Shown here piece after piece: positions 29,628-39,726 of a DNA stretch of 64,000 nt. Within the stretch, counting starts at the first letter, position 1. Each line of letters begins with the position of its first letter. The notes below the pieces were generated by a model, which was not told the DNA's origin, searched no databases, and saw nothing but the letters and a program-made list of their open reading frames with translations. Position numbers and translations under genes: made by a program. The stretch lies in the IMG/VR virus record IMGVR_UViG_3300005670_000019; one strand, written 5' to 3'. Origin of the DNA: a virus. Taxonomy: Duplodnaviria > Caudoviricetes.

Positions 29628-30483
29628 TGAAATACTCCTTTTCGAACTTGCTGACAATCATATACATTTTGATGGTTGCTTCATTGATAGATGATGTGTC
29701 ATACTCATCTAAGATAGATTTGATAGAAGAGAGTTTTTCAAGAAGTGGTTTCTTGAATTCTTCATTAGATTTTGCATCTTCAAAAATACGAAGTGCTTTG
29801 CTTTTGATTTCTTCAAGCTTTGAAACAAGTTGTTTTTGATGTTCTTGTGAGCCTCCAAAAAACAACTTGATAATCTGCTTTTGATCTTCGTTCAAACTAG
29901 TTTCATATTTGCTGTTGAACTTGTTTGTCATAATCTGATAAGCAAGTCCGTTTATGTCATCTTGTGTCATTGACAAACAAGATGGATCTCCTTCGTTCTC
30001 TTTCTTCTCTCGAAGAAGCCATGACAAAACAGTTTCTTCTAGTGAGGCAACATCAGAAGCACTTTCCAGAAGAGTTTCATTTGACTTCCAATAATTCAAA
30101 AGAATTTGAATGCTAGCAAGTTCTTTGTATTCATTGATGGAACGATTCCAAAACTCTGGATCATTTAGTTTGAAGTTGACGTTTTGAATGAAGGCATTCT
30201 TTTCAGTTTCCAACTTTTTGTTGTCCAACTTCTTCACATGAGATTTGACTTGTTCCATTAGTTTCAAAGCAATCTCTTTGTTTTTGAATTTTGAACCATG
30301 AAGTGCTTTGAAGGCAAGAAATTCTTTATTCATTTCAGTGCCAGGTCTTAGAGCATTCTTCCAAAGAACAATAGCCTTATCAACTCCTTTCTCATCCTGT
30401 GCAAGGACACAGTGAGAAATGTGTTGTGAGACAAACTCAGTCAATAATCCAATGTTTCTTTTTTTGTTGTGTTTAAAAGCCAT
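29620..30483 (-). CDS. Hypothetical protein between portal and protease
   Basis: KHNKKRNIGLL.E N-terminus; AAGGA RBS. Confidence 0.75.
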   Translation of the reverse strand: MAFKHNKKRNIGLLTEFVSQHISHCVLAQDEKGVDKAIVLWKNALRPGTEMNKEFLAFKALHGSKFKNKEIALKLMEQVKSHVKKLDNKKLETEKNAFIQNVNFKLNDPEFWNRSINEYKELASIQILLNYWKSNETLLESASDVASLEETVLSWLLREKKENEGDPSCLSMTQDDINGLAYQIMTNKFNSKYETSLNEDQKQIIKLFFGGSQEHQKQLVSKLEEIKSKALRIFEDAKSNEEFKKPLLEKLSSIKSILDEYDTSSINEATIKMYMIVSKFEKEYFNG

Positions 30484-30531
30484 TTGGGCTATTCCTTCAG
30501 CCAAATCTTTGTTTAATTATAGAAGAGTTTT

Positions 30532-32634
30532 TCAAGAAGACGAATTTTCCAATTCTTCTTTTATTTTTTGCTCCATTTCATCAGTTTCACTAAGTTCTAA
30601 GCCCTCAAAGTCTACTTCTTCAAGTAGTTGTTCAACGGAAGACTTTTCATCGGTCAAAGTGAAATCGATTTCTTGCTCTTCATTCAAAACCTTTGATACT
30701 TTGTGGTGTCTGTCAAAGCTATCAAAGATTGATCTCATACTCTTGGAGATTATGGCTGACGGCTTCAAAACAGAACGGATTTCACTTTCCAAATCTGCCC
30801 TTAGAAGATCCTTGATTGTGATACTTTCTTTTCTTAGAGGGTTTCTAAGATATTCCAAATCATACGGATCTTCAGCGTCTCTATTTGATGGTGACAACAT
30901 AGAAGCAAAGTCTGGATTTAGATTTTGAATTGAACCGGCTCTTCTTTGGTAGTTTTTCTTGTTTCTGTCAAGAATTGGTGTAGCAGAAGCTCCGATTGGA
31001 AGTTGACCACGTTCACCTGAACCCAAAAGAGGTGCAGTGTCCCCATCTTGGTTTTTTGGTGTAGGATTGAGGGCTGCAAGATAATCAACTTCTCCTTGTG
31101 TTTGAGGTTGATTTACAATTTGTTTTGAAGGCTCTCTTTCTACAGAAGTTTGAGAGTATGCAGAAGGATCAAACGGATCAACATCACGTTGCTGTTGTTG
31201 AGGAAGGTTTTCTGCGGTAATAGTCTCGATTTCAGCCTCAGAAATCTTGTCTCTTCTAAGACCAATCTCAATATCTGCCATTTCTTGTGAAGTCAATCCG
31301 AGAATGTTCTTTTTGATCCAATTCTCATCAACAAGCTTGGTTTCTTTTGCTGCTCCACCAATTTCAAATCTGTTCTTCCACAAATCCAACTTTTGTTGAA
31401 CTGCCACAGATGAAGGATTTGACAATTTGATTTCAAAATTAACAAGGTCTTCTCCATCAAAACCTCTTGCATAAAGATGAAGCATTGCAATTTTGTTCAA
31501 CTCTGCAATAACCATCTTTTGAAAGATCGAAACTGTTCTGCTGAAACGAATATCTTCTTGTGCTAGTGTTGCTTTACCACCAAGAGCTTCATCGAAACCA
31601 AGGTAAGCTTTTGGAACTTGCAAAGCAGAAAACAATTTACGTTGAATGTATTCAACGTCTTCAATCGCTGTATTGTTAGTACCCCCAGGAAGAGTTTCGA
31701 TCTTTGTAGCTTCGTTAGCACCTCTTTTTGGAACCCAATAGTCTTCAAGAACAGAAACAGGATTCCATCGTCGGTCTTCACGACCTGACATTTTTTCAAC
31801 CATGTTCTTTGAAGAAAGTTGGCTCTTTACACCTTCCATGTAACTTGGAATGTCGTTTGGAGCAATGTTTGCTACGTCAACATAGAATACTCGGCGTTCA
31901 GGGCTTCTAACAATTCTATAAACCAACATGGCATCTTCAAGCATTCCAAGTTGATGCCAAACTCTTCGAGCTGGGTCCAAGATTGAGGAACCGTATGGAA
32001 GGAACCTGTCATTTCCAAGAATACGGAAATGAGTAACTTGCCAGTTCTCCAAAATCTTTCCTCCATGAGTCAACCATTTGAAGCGGACGGCGTATGGATC
32101 TTCTGGATCATATCCTTCCACTCTTTCAACTTGGTCAACAGGAATCGGAACAACGTTGATTATACCATGTTCTGGAATGATTTCATTGTAAAGAAAGAAA
32201 TCTCCGAACTTACAGAGATTTCTTACCCATGGTCTGAGATTGAATTCAACATTGATGATATCATAAAAAAGTTCATCTAAGGTTTTCTTGATTTCACTAT
32301 TTTCACTAAAGATATGAAGACTTCTGCCTCTATCATCAACAGATGAGATTTCGTCTGCATAAATGTTCAAAGCAGTAGCAATCTCAGCAGTGTTTTCCAT
32401 TTCAACGAATTCACTGTAACGAGCGAAACGATCAATCATTCCATAAGAACCAAGAACTGAGAATGGAGAAGCCTCTCTTCCAAATGGTGCTCCTGCTCTG
32501 TATCCAATGTTGTTTCGAAGGATGTCATTATCGAACATAGCCTTGGTATCGATGTTCTTGATTTTTCTTGTAATCGACGGACCAGATCGAAATAACTTTG
32601 TCAGTCTCTTGTAGAAGTCTTTAGGATTTGCCAT
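30532..32634 (-). CDS. Portal protein (gp20-like)
   Basis: LEDAMLVYRIVRSPERRVFYVD, EDYW.P, IETLPGG and EDIRFSRT motifs. Confidence 0.95.
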   Translation of the reverse strand: MANPKDFYKRLTKLFRSGPSITRKIKNIDTKAMFDNDILRNNIGYRAGAPFGREASPFSVLGSYGMIDRFARYSEFVEMENTAEIATALNIYADEISSVDDRGRSLHIFSENSEIKKTLDELFYDIINVEFNLRPWVRNLCKFGDFFLYNEIIPEHGIINVVPIPVDQVERVEGYDPEDPYAVRFKWLTHGGKILENWQVTHFRILGNDRFLPYGSSILDPARRVWHQLGMLEDAMLVYRIVRSPERRVFYVDVANIAPNDIPSYMEGVKSQLSSKNMVEKMSGREDRRWNPVSVLEDYWVPKRGANEATKIETLPGGTNNTAIEDVEYIQRKLFSALQVPKAYLGFDEALGGKATLAQEDIRFSRTVSIFQKMVIAELNKIAMLHLYARGFDGEDLVNFEIKLSNPSSVAVQQKLDLWKNRFEIGGAAKETKLVDENWIKKNILGLTSQEMADIEIGLRRDKISEAEIETITAENLPQQQQRDVDPFDPSAYSQTSVEREPSKQIVNQPQTQGEVDYLAALNPTPKNQDGDTAPLLGSGERGQLPIGASATPILDRNKKNYQRRAGSIQNLNPDFASMLSPSNRDAEDPYDLEYLRNPLRKESITIKDLLRADLESEIRSVLKPSAIISKSMRSIFDSFDRHHKVSKVLNEEQEIDFTLTDEKSSVEQLLEEVDFEGLELSETDEMEQKIKEELENSSS

Positions 32635-32682
32635 AATGAATACTGTCTAAATAGTCCTTGCTCTTGAGCATAGACTGTAGTC

Positions 32683-32704
32683 TCTCTAATTGGTTATGTT
32701 CCAC
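32683..32704 (-). repeat. 22-bp dispersed motif, copy 2
   Basis: GTGGAACATAACCAATTAGAGA on the minus strand, upstream of portal. Confidence 0.85.
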
Positions 32705-32740
32705 TGAATATCAGAACATATTCAACACATAATTACTCAT

Positions 32741-33139
32741 ATGTCTAACATTCTGTCTCAAAACCAAAAAGACCGGATTATCTACGTTTCATCATTTGTT
32801 CAAAACACAACAGATGATTGGGTTCGTGTCAAAACTGAAATTGTCAAACTATTTCCCCCAAAAGAAAGAAAACTCTTTACAAGAAGACATTACAGTACAA
32901 AAAAACATAGTATCAATGATTTTGAAAAAGAAGTAATCAAGTTTTGGAAGTCACAAACAGGAATTGAACTTGTTCTCGCCGAGGAAGATAAACATCCGGA
33001 AGATTGGATCAGAAGACCTTCTGGTTGGGGATTACAAATCATCAATGAACAGAGGAAGCTATTTAGCAAAGGGAAGTCAAATGTCAAAAAAAGAAAAAGA
33101 AAAAAAGCTAAAAGAAAAGCTTCTCGAAGCAATCATTGA
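32741..33139 (+). CDS. Hypothetical basic protein
   Basis: 132-aa ORF; TAATTA 5 nt before ATG. Confidence 0.7.
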   Translation: MSNILSQNQKDRIIYVSSFVQNTTDDWVRVKTEIVKLFPPKERKLFTRRHYSTKKHSINDFEKEVIKFWKSQTGIELVLAEEDKHPEDWIRRPSGWGLQIINEQRKLFSKGKSNVKKRKRKKAKRKASRSNH

Positions 33140-34124
33140 AGAAAGTATTGATCAAGTTCTTCGTGAAGAAGAAAGTCTTCTTGGAGGCTTCCTTTCTCCT
33201 TTTGCAGATGTGATGCGCTCTGCTGCATGGGGCGTTGAGAGTCTCGGAGCAAAAACAACAAACGCAATCAAATCAACCTTTGATGAACTTCGTGGTTTGA
33301 TGATTCCGGGTGTTGAATATGATTGGGAAAAATTCAAAAATGATGAAAAGGCTTTGATGGGAAACATCGACGCAAAATACCAAGACATTATTCAAAAGAA
33401 TATGGAAGCATTGAAAAACTCTGACCTTCCCCTTTTCATGTTCGCACTTGATCCGACTTCAACAATTTCTTACAAGATAGCACCCAAAGCACCTTCAGCA
33501 GCTCTTGCTCTTGCTGAACCAATCGTTGGTGCCGTTTCTCCTAAAGCAGGAGCCGCTGTAGGGCGTTGGAAGAATTGGTGGACCAAGGCTGCGAAGAATT
33601 TTTCTTTGGGCGGTGGAAAGGCTGCTACGGTTTCTGGAGATGGTAGCTATGACATGTCTGCTGACGTTGCTCTAGGTTCGATTGGGGAGGGAAAGATTTT
33701 TGAACAACAAGCTCCTCAACCTCAACCTACAACACAAAAACAACCACCAAATCTAAACCAACTTCTTCAAAATCCTGACTTTGTCAAAGCAATGAACTCT
33801 AGTCCCATTACAAAACAAATGAGACAAGGAGCTCTTGATGCTCTTGTGAAAAGAATTGAAGCTGTTATGAAAGCTGACAGTCTTCAAACAATGCAAAAGA
33901 TTGTTGGACCCGAATTGGCTTCAAAAATACAAACAATAATTGATAAACAAGATAAAACTATTTCAAAAGAAGAACAAGCAAAACTTGACCAAGCTTCAAT
34001 GAAAGAAATTCAAAATGTTTTCAAAGCTGTTTATTTGAAACAGTTGAACGACCTTTCTCAAAAACTTCCAAACGCAAAAAATGACATTTTGAATACAATT
34101 AAACGCATTTCTGCTCTAAAGTAA
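33081..34124 (+). CDS. Hypothetical protein (putative internal head protein)
   Basis: LLEAIIEESIDQVLREEE leader; TATTTA at 33060-33065. Confidence 0.7.
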   Translation: MSKKEKEKKLKEKLLEAIIEESIDQVLREEESLLGGFLSPFADVMRSAAWGVESLGAKTTNAIKSTFDELRGLMIPGVEYDWEKFKNDEKALMGNIDAKYQDIIQKNMEALKNSDLPLFMFALDPTSTISYKIAPKAPSAALALAEPIVGAVSPKAGAAVGRWKNWWTKAAKNFSLGGGKAATVSGDGSYDMSADVALGSIGEGKIFEQQAPQPQPTTQKQPPNLNQLLQNPDFVKAMNSSPITKQMRQGALDALVKRIEAVMKADSLQTMQKIVGPELASKIQTIIDKQDKTISKEEQAKLDQASMKEIQNVFKAVYLKQLNDLSQKLPNAKNDILNTIKRISALK

Positions 34125-34185
34125 CAATTTTCAATACAACTTTGGTTATTTTCATCAACCTCCTAAGTGTTTAGGAGGTTTTTTC

Positions 34186-34446
34186 ATGACAGATAGACAA
34201 CCAACCGAACTTTCTGAACTAAAAGAAACAGTTCGGGAGTTTATGAAGCGATTGACAAACATTGAGAATGAAATCACGTTGCTCAATGAAGATAAGAAAA
34301 ATTTGGTAGAGGAGTTTTCCGACAAGCTTGATGTGAAAACTCTCAAGCAAGCGATTAGAATGGTAAAGATCAGAGAAAAGGTCGATCACAAAGACGCTTT
34401 CGACGCATTTGTTGACATTCTTGAAAAAGATGATTTGGTAGATTGA
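34186..34446 (+). CDS. GapR/DsbA-like dsDNA-binding protein
   Basis: L.E.V.EF..RL..IE.E....EDKK...E....DVKTLKQAIR pattern; AGGAGG RBS. Confidence 0.72.
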   Translation: MTDRQPTELSELKETVREFMKRLTNIENEITLLNEDKKNLVEEFSDKLDVKTLKQAIRMVKIREKVDHKDAFDAFVDILEKDDLVD

Positions 34447-34453
34447 GGTTTGA

Positions 34454-34684
34454 ATGAGTGTAAATGCAACAGTGTTTTATAAAACCCCAGTAGAGGTTTC
34501 CGAGGAAGAAAGAAAGAAGGTTTCTCGCCAACTAAAGAAGGCTGTGAAAAATCTTACCGAAGCTACTCCTGTAGTAATCTTTTTGAGTGGCGATGCTGTA
34601 GGACATGATCCTGGCGTCAAAGTTGTGGTCACACAATATTCGGGTTCAGGAACAATTTTATCCGTTCAGGAGTTTTCTGTATGA
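34454..34684 (+). CDS. Hypothetical protein
   Basis: GAGG RBS; coupled to the next gene. Confidence 0.65.
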   Translation: MSVNATVFYKTPVEVSEEERKKVSRQLKKAVKNLTEATPVVIFLSGDAVGHDPGVKVVVTQYSGSGTILSVQEFSV

Positions 34685-35121
34685 GTTTGAAAAAGTTAGA
34701 TAAAGTTCCTGTACTTCTTTACGAGCAATCAATGGACGGTTCTTGGGAAAGTGCTCTTCCTTACATTGAAGTCGGTGTTGATGAAACTATGCCAGAAATG
34801 TTGTTTGTTCAAGAGTACAAACTTACTGGAGAGTTCGAACCAGACATGGAAGGTAACGACTGTCCGCTTTATGATGCTTACATGCACAGTTATGTCAATA
34901 TGACAACCTTGAAGGAAAAACTTTCTCCGAAACTTTATGATGATGTACGTGTTTCTCTTGGATTGAAACCATTGAAAGAAGCCAAGAAAGCCGGACGAGA
35001 AATTTTGAAGGATGTAATCCTTGAAACAGAAAAGAATTTGGCAGATAAGAATTTGAGTGGAAAAGCAAAAGAAATGGTTCAAGATGCTCTTGAACAAGCA
35101 AAAAAAGGATTGAAAAAATGA
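34681..35121 (+). CDS. Hypothetical protein
   Basis: ATGA overlaps; AGGAG RBS. Confidence 0.7.
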   Translation: MSLKKLDKVPVLLYEQSMDGSWESALPYIEVGVDETMPEMLFVQEYKLTGEFEPDMEGNDCPLYDAYMHSYVNMTTLKEKLSPKLYDDVRVSLGLKPLKEAKKAGREILKDVILETEKNLADKNLSGKAKEMVQDALEQAKKGLKK

Positions 35122-35318
35122 AGTTACACGAGTCAGTAGTAAAGAAGTTGCTTTATCTCTTTGAGACATATGGCGGACATGAGACAGATCAAAAACTTAG
35201 GAAGATGATCTCTTCTCTTGAGTTCACTGTATATGAAAGAAAAACAACTTCAAATAATGAAAATGTACTTGTTCTAACAGAGGACTACATTTCTGAGCTT
35301 CAAAATCGTCGTAGGTGA
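35118..35318 (+). CDS. Hypothetical protein
   Basis: ATGA overlap within the operon. Confidence 0.6.
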   Translation: MKLHESVVKKLLYLFETYGGHETDQKLRKMISSLEFTVYERKTTSNNENVLVLTEDYISELQNRRR

Positions 35319-35321
35319 TAA

Positions 35322-35876
35322 ATGCCTTTGAAAAAGCTAAATGTTGGACAAGTTGTCTACATTCTTTCAAATAAGGCACAAGCCGTTCTCCCTGCTCTTG
35401 TCATCAAAGAACATAGAACAATCCACCTTGATGCAGAAGAAGTAACTTGGACAGTTCAATACGGACCTCCAGGGAAACAAAGAGTAATCGAGTCACACAA
35501 AGTTGATGGAGAACTCTTTGGAACTCTCGAAGAGGTTCGTGACGTAATGAACCTAAGATTTCAGGAATTCGTTCAAAGTTTGATTGAGAATGCAGCTTCT
35601 TTGCAAAATAAATGGTATCCAAAAACACCATCAGCACGAAGCCAAAATTCAACAACAGACAGGCTTGATCCAGAGGCTATGATTCAAGAGATTGAGGGCA
35701 CTTCTCCACCACAGTCTCATCCAGTTCAACGTCCGATGCCAAACCCAAAAAGGCAAAGGATTTTTGATAGAGAAGAGTTGAAACAAGCTCTTCAAGCTGA
35801 CGATGATTTTGATGGCGAGTTTGAAGAAAACGAAAAAATGAAACTAAGACCTGATGGGTCAATTGAAGTGGAGTGA
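35322..35876 (+). CDS. Hypothetical protein (possible SH3-like N domain)
   Basis: LNVGQVVYIL start; AGGTG RBS. Confidence 0.7.
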   Translation: MPLKKLNVGQVVYILSNKAQAVLPALVIKEHRTIHLDAEEVTWTVQYGPPGKQRVIESHKVDGELFGTLEEVRDVMNLRFQEFVQSLIENAASLQNKWYPKTPSARSQNSTTDRLDPEAMIQEIEGTSPPQSHPVQRPMPNPKRQRIFDREELKQALQADDDFDGEFEENEKMKLRPDGSIEVE

Positions 35877-35883
35877 ACAAGTA

Positions 35884-37599
35884 ATGAAAAAGAAAGTTGT
35901 TTTTGGGCATGAAGGTCATAAAAAGCTTCTAGATGGAGCCACCATTCTTGCTCAAGCTGTAAGATCAACCATGGGTCCATCAGGTCATAATGTCATTATT
36001 GACAATGAAAATGGTTCTCCTTACATCACAAAAGATGGAGTCACCGTTGCTCGTTCAATCAAATTAAAAGACAAGCTCGAAAGTGTTGGTGCTGAACTTA
36101 TAAAAGAGGTCGCTTCCAAAACAAATGAGATGGCAGGAGATGGAACAACTTCATCAACTGTTTTAGCTCATTCCATTCTAGAGAATGGATTCAAACAAAT
36201 GTCTTCAGGACGTTCAGCTATTGAATTGAAAAAAGGAATCGACCTGGCAAAAGAAGAGGCTCTGTCATTTTTGATGGGATCAGCTATCAAATGTCGTGAT
36301 GCAAAAGATATCAAAAACGTTGGAACCATTTCTGCAAATGGTGATGATGAAATCGGAAAACTCTTAGCTGAAGCAATCACTTCAGTTGGACCAAATGGAC
36401 TAGTTTCAATTGAGTTAGCTAAATCAACTCATACAACACTTGATTTGGCTGAGGGAATGCAAGTTGATGCCGGATATTGTTCTCCATATTTTGTAACAAA
36501 CGCTGAAAAGAGCGTTTGTGAATTTGAGAATCCTTACGTACTGCTTACAACCAACAACATTTCAGCAAACAAAGACATTGTTTCAATCCTTGAAAGAATT
36601 CTTGAAACAGATCGACCTGTTGTGATCTTTGCTGATAGTGTTGAGGGTGAGGCTCTTCACACTTTGATTGCAAATAAGATGAAGGGCATTCTAAAAGTGT
36701 GTGCAGTGAAGACTCCAAGTTATGGAGAATATCGTATTGATATTCTCAATGACATTAGAAGTCTTACTGGTGGCGAAGTCATTGGTTCTGCCTCAACAAC
36801 TTCATTGGCAAATATGAAACTTGAACATCTTGGCTCTGCCAAGAAGATTGTTGTTGGAAAAAATGGAACAACTTTCATTGCTCACGACGACAAGGCAGAT
36901 AGTGTAAAAGAACGTGTTGATTTGCTCCGAACACAACTCGACAATCCAAATCTTGATGAATTGAGTTTGAACAAACTTCGTTCAAGACTTGCAAAGTTAT
37001 CAGGTGGTGTGGCTGTTATTCGAGTTGGCGGCTCTACAGAAGTTGAAATCTTGGAAAAGAAAGACCGAGTAGAGGATGCAGTGAATGCAACACAAGCTGC
37101 TGCGCAAGAAGGAATAGTTTCCGGAGGTGGATGTGCTTTGTTTTATACGGCTCAACATCTAAAGAAATATCCTGCTCTGTTGAGAAATTTGGGAAAGAAT
37201 GATGATTTGATTGCTGGAGTTGAAATCGTCATTTCTGCATGTGAGGCTCCAATGAAACAGATTGTTGAAAACACCGGAGCTTCATTTGAGATCGTAAAAC
37301 ACAATCTTATTGAGAATCAAAAGAAATATGTTTGGCTTGATACAACACATGCAGCTACAGTTGAAAAGCTTCTTGCTGTAAAAGATGCAGACAAAATTCT
37401 TGATTCAGAGAAAGATGCAATTACTGCTTCAATGCGTTATGGATATGATGCAGCAACTCATAAGTTTGTCGATATGATTGATGTTGGGATTATCGATCCG
37501 GTCAAAGTTACAAGATATGCTTTAGAACATGCCGCCTCAATTGTCGGTTTGATGCTTACTTGTAACTCAATAATTGTAAGTGAAGAAGAGGAAGAGTGA
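35884..37599 (+). CDS. groEL: GroEL-like chaperonin
   Basis: [48 protein letters not shown] and GIIDP motifs. Confidence 0.96.
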   Translation: MKKKVVFGHEGHKKLLDGATILAQAVRSTMGPSGHNVIIDNENGSPYITKDGVTVARSIKLKDKLESVGAELIKEVASKTNEMAGDGTTSSTVLAHSILENGFKQMSSGRSAIELKKGIDLAKEEALSFLMGSAIKCRDAKDIKNVGTISANGDDEIGKLLAEAITSVGPNGLVSIELAKSTHTTLDLAEGMQVDAGYCSPYFVTNAEKSVCEFENPYVLLTTNNISANKDIVSILERILETDRPVVIFADSVEGEALHTLIANKMKGILKVCAVKTPSYGEYRIDILNDIRSLTGGEVIGSASTTSLANMKLEHLGSAKKIVVGKNGTTFIAHDDKADSVKERVDLLRTQLDNPNLDELSLNKLRSRLAKLSGGVAVIRVGGSTEVEILEKKDRVEDAVNATQAAAQEGIVSGGGCALFYTAQHLKKYPALLRNLGKNDDLIAGVEIVISACEAPMKQIVENTGASFEIVKHNLIENQKKYVWLDTTHAATVEKLLAVKDADKILDSEKDAITASMRYGYDAATHKFVDMIDVGIIDPVKVTRYALEHAASIVGLMLTCNSIIVSEEEEE

Positions 37600-37602
37600 A
37601 GT

Positions 37603-37938
37603 ATGGCAAAAGGTGACGTCATAAAAGTTCATCAATTTGATGAGGGTAAAAATGTTGCAGTGTTTGAACCAATTTTAGATCCAACACGCCCTGGTTATTA
37701 CATAACCGATGCAAAGAACAATGTTCTTGTTCGTCCTGTCGGTGGAGTGAAGCCTGGAAGTCTTGGAAAGATTGACGGAGATGGAATTAAGGTTCCTGCT
37801 GGAGCGATTGGTATAAAAAATCAATTAGGACTTGGAAATGACAGTATCATGATTTATCCGGTCTTTTTTGATGAATATCAAAAAGTTGCCTGGTTGTCCG
37901 CTGATAGTTTTCGAATTGTTGAAGGTGGTTCTTTCTGA
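37603..37938 (+). CDS. Hypothetical beta-rich protein
   Basis: 111-aa ORF 3 nt after groEL. Confidence 0.7.
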   Translation: MAKGDVIKVHQFDEGKNVAVFEPILDPTRPGYYITDAKNNVLVRPVGGVKPGSLGKIDGDGIKVPAGAIGIKNQLGLGNDSIMIYPVFFDEYQKVAWLSADSFRIVEGGSF

Positions 37939-37972
37939 GTTTGCTAATTAAGCGTGAAATCTGGAGAAACTA

Positions 37973-38386
37973 ATGTCAAGAGGTCCTTTCAACTATCCTT
38001 CAAGTGGTCCAAACAATGTAGCTGAATATCAAGCTTCGGGACTTCCATATGTCACGCAATCCGCAGCTTCAACAACCATTTCATCAATTGAATTTCCATA
38101 TGTAACAAACTTCTTCACAGTGAAGAATTTGAGCGCAGGAGTAATTGAGTTTGGATTTACAACGGCAGGCTTACAGGGCACAAATAAAATCACTGTCTTT
38201 CCATCTTCCAGTCAAACATTTGACATTAGATGCAAGACTTTGTTTGTTCGATCACCGAGTTCAGCCACCTATGAAGTTGTTGCTGGATTGACAACCATCC
38301 CACGTGAAAGGTTTCCATTCCTAACGCAGTCCTTGCACTATAACAGTGCTTCCCTTGAAGGAACATTTGGATATCCGGGCATTTGA
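37973..38386 (+). CDS. Probable virion structural protein
   Basis: GPNNVAEYQASGLPYVT; S/T rich; TAATTA and GGAG upstream. Confidence 0.6.
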   Translation: MSRGPFNYPSSGPNNVAEYQASGLPYVTQSAASTTISSIEFPYVTNFFTVKNLSAGVIEFGFTTAGLQGTNKITVFPSSSQTFDIRCKTLFVRSPSSATYEVVAGLTTIPRERFPFLTQSLHYNSASLEGTFGYPGI

Positions 38387-38407
38387 ACATTCAATAGATA
38401 AATGAGA

Positions 38408-38431
38408 AAAAGGAGCCGAATGGCTCCTTTT
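38408..38431. terminator. Bidirectional intrinsic terminator
   Basis: AAAAGGAGCC-GAAT-GGCTCCTTTT between convergent genes. Confidence 0.85.
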
Positions 38432-38461
38432 CTTTTTGGTTGTTTGTGATGTGTTTGTGAA

Positions 38462-38842
38462 TTATTGTCCGTCTACAAAAGACCTAATACAGCTTGCAAT
38501 CGCATCAAAAGTCTTTTCAGCTTCCTCTCGAAGTTTCCTATTTGCAAGAACCTTGTAAGGATTGGAGTCAATCCTTGTAAAGACCTCCAAAGAAAGTTCA
38601 TAGAGTTCATCCACGACTTCTTCCAAAGTTCCCTCCATTTCAAAAACATTCAAAGCCCTGTTTTTTAGGTCAGCAAAGAAAGGCAATGGAAGATCGGGGT
38701 TCTCAAACTCTTTGAGAGCAGCCGCATTTGAAGCAAGAACCGTATTCAAGTTCTTTCCAATCGAAGTAACTTCTTTCAACTTCATATGAATTTGTTTTTG
38801 TGTTACCGGATCATAGGCATAAATCGTATCAGTAATTTTCAT
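38462..38842 (-). CDS. Hypothetical protein
   Basis: Last gene of the operon; GAGGG RBS. Confidence 0.7.
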   Translation of the reverse strand: MKITDTIYAYDPVTQKQIHMKLKEVTSIGKNLNTVLASNAAALKEFENPDLPLPFFADLKNRALNVFEMEGTLEEVVDELYELSLEVFTRIDSNPYKVLANRKLREEAEKTFDAIASCIRSFVDGQ

Positions 38843-39128
38843 TTTTCCCTCTCAAACTTTTGAGAAATTTGGCAAACCACAAAGGATATATCAAAGTCGC
38901 TTCAAGTCCAAAGATGCGAAAGTAGAGTGCGTCCTTGTCGAGGTAGCCATCAACAGACCAATAGTTTTCGTCAACAAATTCATCCCATGCCCACTTTCGA
39001 ATGATTGTAATCAAACTTCCACCTGGAAGGTGCTGACAGAGAATGTACCCATTCTTTTTCTTCCATTCCTTGAGTTCGAGCTTTTCTTCATCACTCTCCA
39101 AATCATCAAAATCGTATTCAAAGGGCAT
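38829..39128 (-). CDS. Hypothetical protein
   Basis: GGAG RBS; overlaps the ligase 3' end. Confidence 0.65.
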   Translation of the reverse strand: MPFEYDFDDLESDEEKLELKEWKKKNGYILCQHLPGGSLITIIRKWAWDEFVDENYWSVDGYLDKDALYFRIFGLEATLIYPLWFAKFLKSLRGKNENY

Positions 39129-39726
39129 CGCATTTCTCCCCATAAAGATTTTTCACGTGCGCTTTCCAGTCATTGCTTTTGTGTTTGAACATCAAAAGTG
39201 GTTTCTGTCTTCCTCCGAAGGCTTTTCCAACAATTCCTTCATAGGTCATTCCAGAAATTTTCCTTTCTTCAACATCACGAAGGAAAATTTGGTTCACAAA
39301 ACCATGATGGATCAAGGTTGGAGTTAGAACTTGTCCGGAAAAAGTCTTCAAAAACTCTTTAGGATCAAGCATTCCCTGCTTGAAAACGTCAACATCCAAA
39401 AGATAAACTCTCTTGTTATCTTCGTTTCCTTCTTCGTGAACCCCAGCAAAAGAATTGTCCCCAAAGAATTCAAAAAACAATGTGCATTGTTGAATTCGTA
39501 GATCATTCAGACACTTCTCAAGTTTTGAACTTTGAGCAAGAATAAGTTCTTTTGCTAAAGCAACAGCACTACTCTCACTCAAAAGAACTTTCCTCGATCC
39601 GAACTTATGAAAACCTTTCTTTCGGTCCCATTCAGCTCGAATATTAGAACCATCAATTTTGTCAAAGACATAATATGGTCTAGAAGTATCAAAACCGTCT
39701 ACTTGAATAGATGGATATTGTTTCAT
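39118..39726 (-). CDS. RNA ligase-like nucleotidyltransferase (compact Rnl2-like)
   Basis: Motif I DKIDGSN, III FFEFFG, IV EGIV and V FKHK. Confidence 0.78.
   Translation of the reverse strand: MKQYPSIQVDGFDTSRPYYVFDKIDGSNIRAEWDRKKGFHKFGSRKVLLSESSAVALAKELILAQSSKLEKCLNDLRIQQCTLFFEFFGDNSFAGVHEEGNEDNKRVYLLDVDVFKQGMLDPKEFLKTFSGQVLTPTLIHHGFVNQIFLRDVEERKISGMTYEGIVGKAFGGRQKPLLMFKHKSNDWKAHVKNLYGEKCDAL

Noticed and set aside
37603-37938. GroES call
   Set aside because: Size and position fit, but PL.DRV and mobile-loop GGI motifs are not recognisable.
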